Shown piece by piece: positions 60,242 to 64,000 of a DNA stretch of 64,000 nucleotides. A program made the translations under genes and the position numbers. Under the pieces are notes generated by a model. It was not told the origin of the DNA. It ran no database searches and worked only from the letters and a program-made list of their open reading frames with translations. Position 1 is the first letter of the stretch, and each line of letters opens with the position of its first letter. Source of the DNA: Myxococcales bacterium (GTDB lineage Bacteria; Myxococcota_A; Polyangia; Polyangiales; DASUME01); contig JASGJH010000001.1 in the NCBI GenBank assembly GCA_047601445.1, forward strand, positions 8,576,001 to 8,640,000, read 5' to 3'.

Positions 60242-63200
60242 ACCACGGCACAGCGCGCGCGAGGAATCTGCCCGTAGCGGTGGTACTCCACGCTCACGCT
60301 CTGCTCGCGCACGTAGTGCAAAAGCTCGAGACGTCCGCTGTCGAGCACCGGCGCGTCGGCGATGTGGACTCCGAACTCGGCCGCCAGTGCGTCATGCTCG
60401 GGCGTGCGCGCGCCCACCAGGCGCACGCGCGATCCTTCGTGTAGCAGACGTCGCAAGGACGGCGTCTCTCCGAGCTGCACCGGGAAGCCGAACAGGGAGC
60501 TGTCGAGCGGGCCCGCGAAGGAGGGGCTCATGGACAGCGTGAGCTGCGCTCCTGCCAGGCGCGCGGCCAGCGCACTCGCCGCCACATCGACCAGGGACGC
60601 CGTGGCCTCCACGCGCAGGTACATGTTGAGCTCGGGCAGATAACGGAAGTAGTTGTCCTGGCCCAGCACGCGCGAGGGATCGTGCAGCAGCGTGAAGTGC
60701 TGCTGCCAGGCTTGGGCGTAGTCCGCGAGCCGGTCGCGCAGACGCGCGAATTGCGCGGCCGCGAGGAGGGGTCGATAGGGGAGGAGCCAGGGAAGAAACT
60801 CGTTTGCCAGCGGGATCGCCCGGGCGGATTCGCCGGGGCTCGCCTGCACCCTGCACAACTGCATCACGTAGTTCGGGCCGCCGGCCTTGGCACCCGGTCC
60901 GAACCCGGACTTCCCGAGTCCGCCGAAGGGCTGGCGCTGCACGACGGCCCCCGTGGTGGTGCGGTTGACGTAGATGTTCCCCGCCGCGATAGTCCGCACG
61001 AACAGGGCCTGCTCCCGTTCGTCGAGGCTCGCAAGCCCCGCAGTGAGACCGTACCCCGTGGCGTTGGCGAGCGAGATGGCATCGGGCAGGTCCCGCGCGC
61101 GCATCACGGCCAACACGGGACCGAACAACTCGGTGCGATGGGTGAAGCTCCCCGCTTGCACTCCGAGCTTCACACCGGGCGTCACGAGGCGCGGATTTTC
61201 GGGCGTGATGCGCGGCTCCACGAGCCAGCTCTCGCCCGGCTCGAGCTGTTCTATGGCACGCAGCAGCGGGCCAGCAGGTGGATGGATCAACGGCGTCACG
61301 AAGCTGCGAGGTTCCCAGGCGGCATCCACGGGCAAGCTCTGCACCGCATCCTTGAGCGTGGCCAAGAAGCGCGGATCGTCGTGCACCTCGGCCTCCAGGA
61401 TGAGCAAGCTCGCGGCGCTACATTTCTGCCCCGCGTGTCCAAAGGCCGAGTACACCGCGTCGGCGATGGCCTGATCGCGGTCCGACATGGCGCTCACGAT
61501 GTACGCGTTTTTGCCGCCGGTCTCGGCCAGCAGGTGGAGTCCCGGCTTGAGCCGCTGAAATAGGCGCGCCGTGTCGGTCGCGCCCGTGAGGATCACCGCG
61601 TCCACGCGCGCATCGCGGATCAGCGCACTGCCCGCGTCGTCGTCGCACAGCACGAGCTGCAGGGCCTCCCGGGGGACGCCTGCGGCATGCATCAGTTCGA
61701 CCAACCTCGTCGCGATCAAGGCGGTTTCGAGCGCGGGCTTGAGGATGACGCGATTGCCCGCCATCAGCGCGGCCAGGACGCCACCTGCGGGGATGGCGAG
61801 CGGGAAATTCCAGGGTGGCGTGACGACCACAACGCCGCGCGGCACGACCTGTTCTGGGACCTCCCGCAGCAGGCGCAGGAAGCTCAGTCGGTAGTACTCG
61901 GCAAAGTCGACGGCCTCCGAGACCTCCACGTCGGCCTCGCCAACGCGCTTGCCCGCGTCAGCCACCATCAGGCCGATCAACTCGCCGCGCGCCGACCGCA
62001 GGGCTTGGGCCACGTTCCGCAAGAGAGCGCTCCGACTCCTCGCGGAGCTCGCCGAAAACCCGAGGCGATCCTCGGCGGCACAGTGCAGCGCAGCTTCGAC
62101 CGAGGCGGCGTCGGCGAGCGCCACCTCGTAGAGCGTAACCCCCGGGCGCGACGGATCGACTCCCGCACGCAGCACCCCGCGATCGTGGCGTTGCCCATCG
62201 ATCAGCGAACCGATGCGCTTGCCGGAGAGCTCGCGCGTGCGGGTGAGCGCGCTGGCGACCCAGGCTCGGTTCGCGGCGCGTGAGAAGTCGGTATCGGGCT
62301 CGTTGCGGAAGTCGGGCTCTCCCTGCGCCCGCGCGCTGAACCGTTCGCAGGTGCGGTCGAAGCTCGGCTCGCCTTTGCGTCGCGGCCGTTCCTCGACCTG
62401 GTCCATGGCTTCGATGGAAGCGCGAAAGCGGCGCCGCTCGCGCTCGAAGCCCTCGTCGTGGGGTTGCATGCCGAAGCTGGCGCTCAGGAAATTGTCGCCC
62501 GAGGTGTTCTCCTCGAGCCGTCGAACCAGATAGGCAATGCCCGTGTTCAGGTCGTCGTCGTCGCAGACGGGAGCATACACGAGCACGTCCACCCCGAGCG
62601 CCGTCAGAGTTCGTCGCAACGGGTCGGCCATGCCTTCGAGCATCTCGATCCCCACGCTCGCGCCAGCGTCGTGCTCGCGCGCCAGCAACAATGCGTAGGC
62701 CACGTCGAACAAGTTGTGGCTCGCGACGCCGAGCGTCACGGCGGCCAGGGCGCCTTCGGAGACGGCTTGCTCGAGCAACTGCTTGTAGTTCGCGTCGACT
62801 TCGACCTTGCGTTCGAAGATGGGCACCGCGACGCCCCCCTTCGCGCTCTCCACGCGTTCCGCCGCGAGGTTCGCTCCCTTCACGATCCGCAGGCGCAGTG
62901 CTGCTCCGCCCTGTCTGCATCTGCGCGCGGCCCATTGTGTGAGCGCGCGCTGCCACGCACCCGAGTCCGGCAGATAGGCTTGCAGCACCACCCCCGCGCG
63001 CACCGCATCGAGCTCGCGCGACTCGAGCGCGCGCTCCAGGACGGCCAGCGTGAGCTCGGCATGTCGGTACGCTTCCATGTCGAGCATCACCACTGGAGGA
63101 CCACCCGCGCGCTCCAGGCTCGCCCGGTAGATGCGGGCCAACCGGGCGCTGAGCGTGCTGACGCAGTCGTCGAAGGCGAGCGGTTGAAGCTGGCTGCCGA

Positions 63201-63819
63201 TCGAGGACACCTTGACGCTCAATGCGTCGACCGGGAGCTCGCGCGCGATGGCGCAGTACTTCTCGACCCGCTCCTCCGCGGCTCGCTCCCCCAGCAGGGC
63301 CTCCCCGAGTTGATTCAGGTTCACCCGGGTGTGTTCGCGGTGACGCACCCCCAACAGTGCCCGGACCGCCTCGGGGTGAGCCGACAACAACAAATCCCGG
63401 GTCTCTTCCCGGATGCGTCCGCGAGTCCCCGCCACCACCACCCCGGGGAGTACCCCCGCCAGCTGGCTCGCCGCGAAGAGCTGCACGCGCTCCCAGGCAT
63501 CCAGGTACCTCGGGACACCGTAGCGACCGACCAGCTGGCGCAGCTCCTGTGCCACTCGCGCGGACTTGTCACTCCGGTAGGCCCTGTCCGTGAGCTGGGT
63601 GGTGAAGGTCAGCCCGGCGGGGTCCCGCATCAGCCTGCCCAGGCTGCGGGCCCGCGCCCGGTCGCTCTCGCCCTGGAACCACCGGCTCGCCGCCAGCAGC
63701 GTCGCGGCCAGCCGTTCGGCCAACTCGGCGCGCTCCTTGCGAGAACAGGCTCGACCCGCCCCGGCGTCGAGCAGACGCCGGGCCTCGTCGAGGGGGGGGT
63801 AGTGGGCAGCTCGTGCCAT
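60226..63819 (-). CDS. putA: Bifunctional proline dehydrogenase / L-glutamate gamma-semialdehyde dehydrogenase
   Basis: LDMEAY, VLQAYLPD, RIVKGAN, ASHN, YLVRRLEEN (PRODH); PPWNFP, AETGGKN, GQKCSA, ELFGP, QPFGG (ALDH). No N-terminal RHH domain. Start approximate. Confidence 0.95.
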   Translation of the reverse strand: MARAAHYPPLDEARRLLDAGAGRACSRKERAELAERLAATLLAASRWFQGESDRARARSLGRLMRDPAGLTFTTQLTDRAYRSDKSARVAQELRQLVGRYGVPRYLDAWERVQLFAASQLAGVLPGVVVAGTRGRIREETRDLLLSAHPEAVRALLGVRHREHTRVNLNQLGEALLGERAAEERVEKYCAIARELPVDALSVKVSSIGSQLQPLAFDDCVSTLSARLARIYRASLERAGGPPVVMLDMEAYRHAELTLAVLERALESRELDAVRAGVVLQAYLPDSGAWQRALTQWAARRCRQGGAALRLRIVKGANLAAERVESAKGGVAVPIFERKVEVDANYKQLLEQAVSEGALAAVTLGVASHNLFDVAYALLLAREHDAGASVGIEMLEGMADPLRRTLTALGVDVLVYAPVCDDDDLNTGIAYLVRRLEENTSGDNFLSASFGMQPHDEGFERERRRFRASIEAMDQVEERPRRKGEPSFDRTCERFSARAQGEPDFRNEPDTDFSRAANRAWVASALTRTRELSGKRIGSLIDGQRHDRGVLRAGVDPSRPGVTLYEVALADAASVEAALHCAAEDRLGFSASSARSRSALLRNVAQALRSARGELIGLMVADAGKRVGEADVEVSEAVDFAEYYRLSFLRLLREVPEQVVPRGVVVVTPPWNFPLAIPAGGVLAALMAGNRVILKPALETALIATRLVELMHAAGVPREALQLVLCDDDAGSALIRDARVDAVILTGATDTARLFQRLKPGLHLLAETGGKNAYIVSAMSDRDQAIADAVYSAFGHAGQKCSAASLLILEAEVHDDPRFLATLKDAVQSLPVDAAWEPRSFVTPLIHPPAGPLLRAIEQLEPGESWLVEPRITPENPRLVTPGVKLGVQAGSFTHRTELFGPVLAVMRARDLPDAISLANATGYGLTAGLASLDEREQALFVRTIAAGNIYVNRTTTGAVVQRQPFGGLGKSGFGPGAKAGGPNYVMQLCRVQASPGESARAIPLANEFLPWLLPYRPLLAAAQFARLRDRLADYAQAWQQHFTLLHDPSRVLGQDNYFRYLPELNMYLRVEATASLVDVAASALAARLAGAQLTLSMSPSFAGPLDSSLFGFPVQLGETPSLRRLLHEGSRVRLVGARTPEHDALAAEFGVHIADAPVLDSGRLELLHYVREQSVSVEYHRYGQIPRARCAVVQPWK

Positions 63820-64000
63820 ACGGGGGCCCAGGACCGTCCAGGGTTGCGTGCTCCGGCCTGGTTTCCTCATGATAACCATGGGAAAGCCCGCTTGGCACCG
63901 ACGCTCTCGAGGCCGCGCTGGGGGCGCCCCCTCGGGCTGTAGACGGGCCCACAAAGCAGGTCACCCTGAGAAGGGGTTAGGCAAATGTTGCGCTTCCGGG

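Overview
High-GC window from a myxobacterium. The Polyangia-like assignment is inferred from the many lipoproteins, the Ser/Thr kinase, the ECF/anti-sigma module and the CarD/CdnL and CarH-type regulators. It is mostly housekeeping or accessory genes: an M16 peptidase pair, cinA, recA, a cdnL-like gene, hisIE, ppx, ppnP, an orphan Zn-free rpsN, a YgiQ radical SAM gene, a FadL-type porin, a POT transporter, nfuA and putA. No rRNA, tRNA, CRISPR array or transposase was seen. Highlights: (1) a c-di-GMP-I (GEMM-I) riboswitch with an SD-sequestering hairpin in front of an uncharacterised lipoprotein; (2) a CarH-type B12 photoreceptor with matching 11-bp direct-repeat operators in front of itself and of a fasciclin lipoprotein, with no carotenoid genes nearby; (3) a FAAL-ACP-C-A(Gly)-PCP-TE NRPS with a dead cis-TE and a stand-alone TE; (4) a FadL-type channel coupled to a ~1200-aa unknown lipoprotein; (5) a zinc-homeostasis neighbourhood; (6) two long intergenic hairpins. 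Four +1 single-base duplications break ORFs and probably reflect sequencing error.
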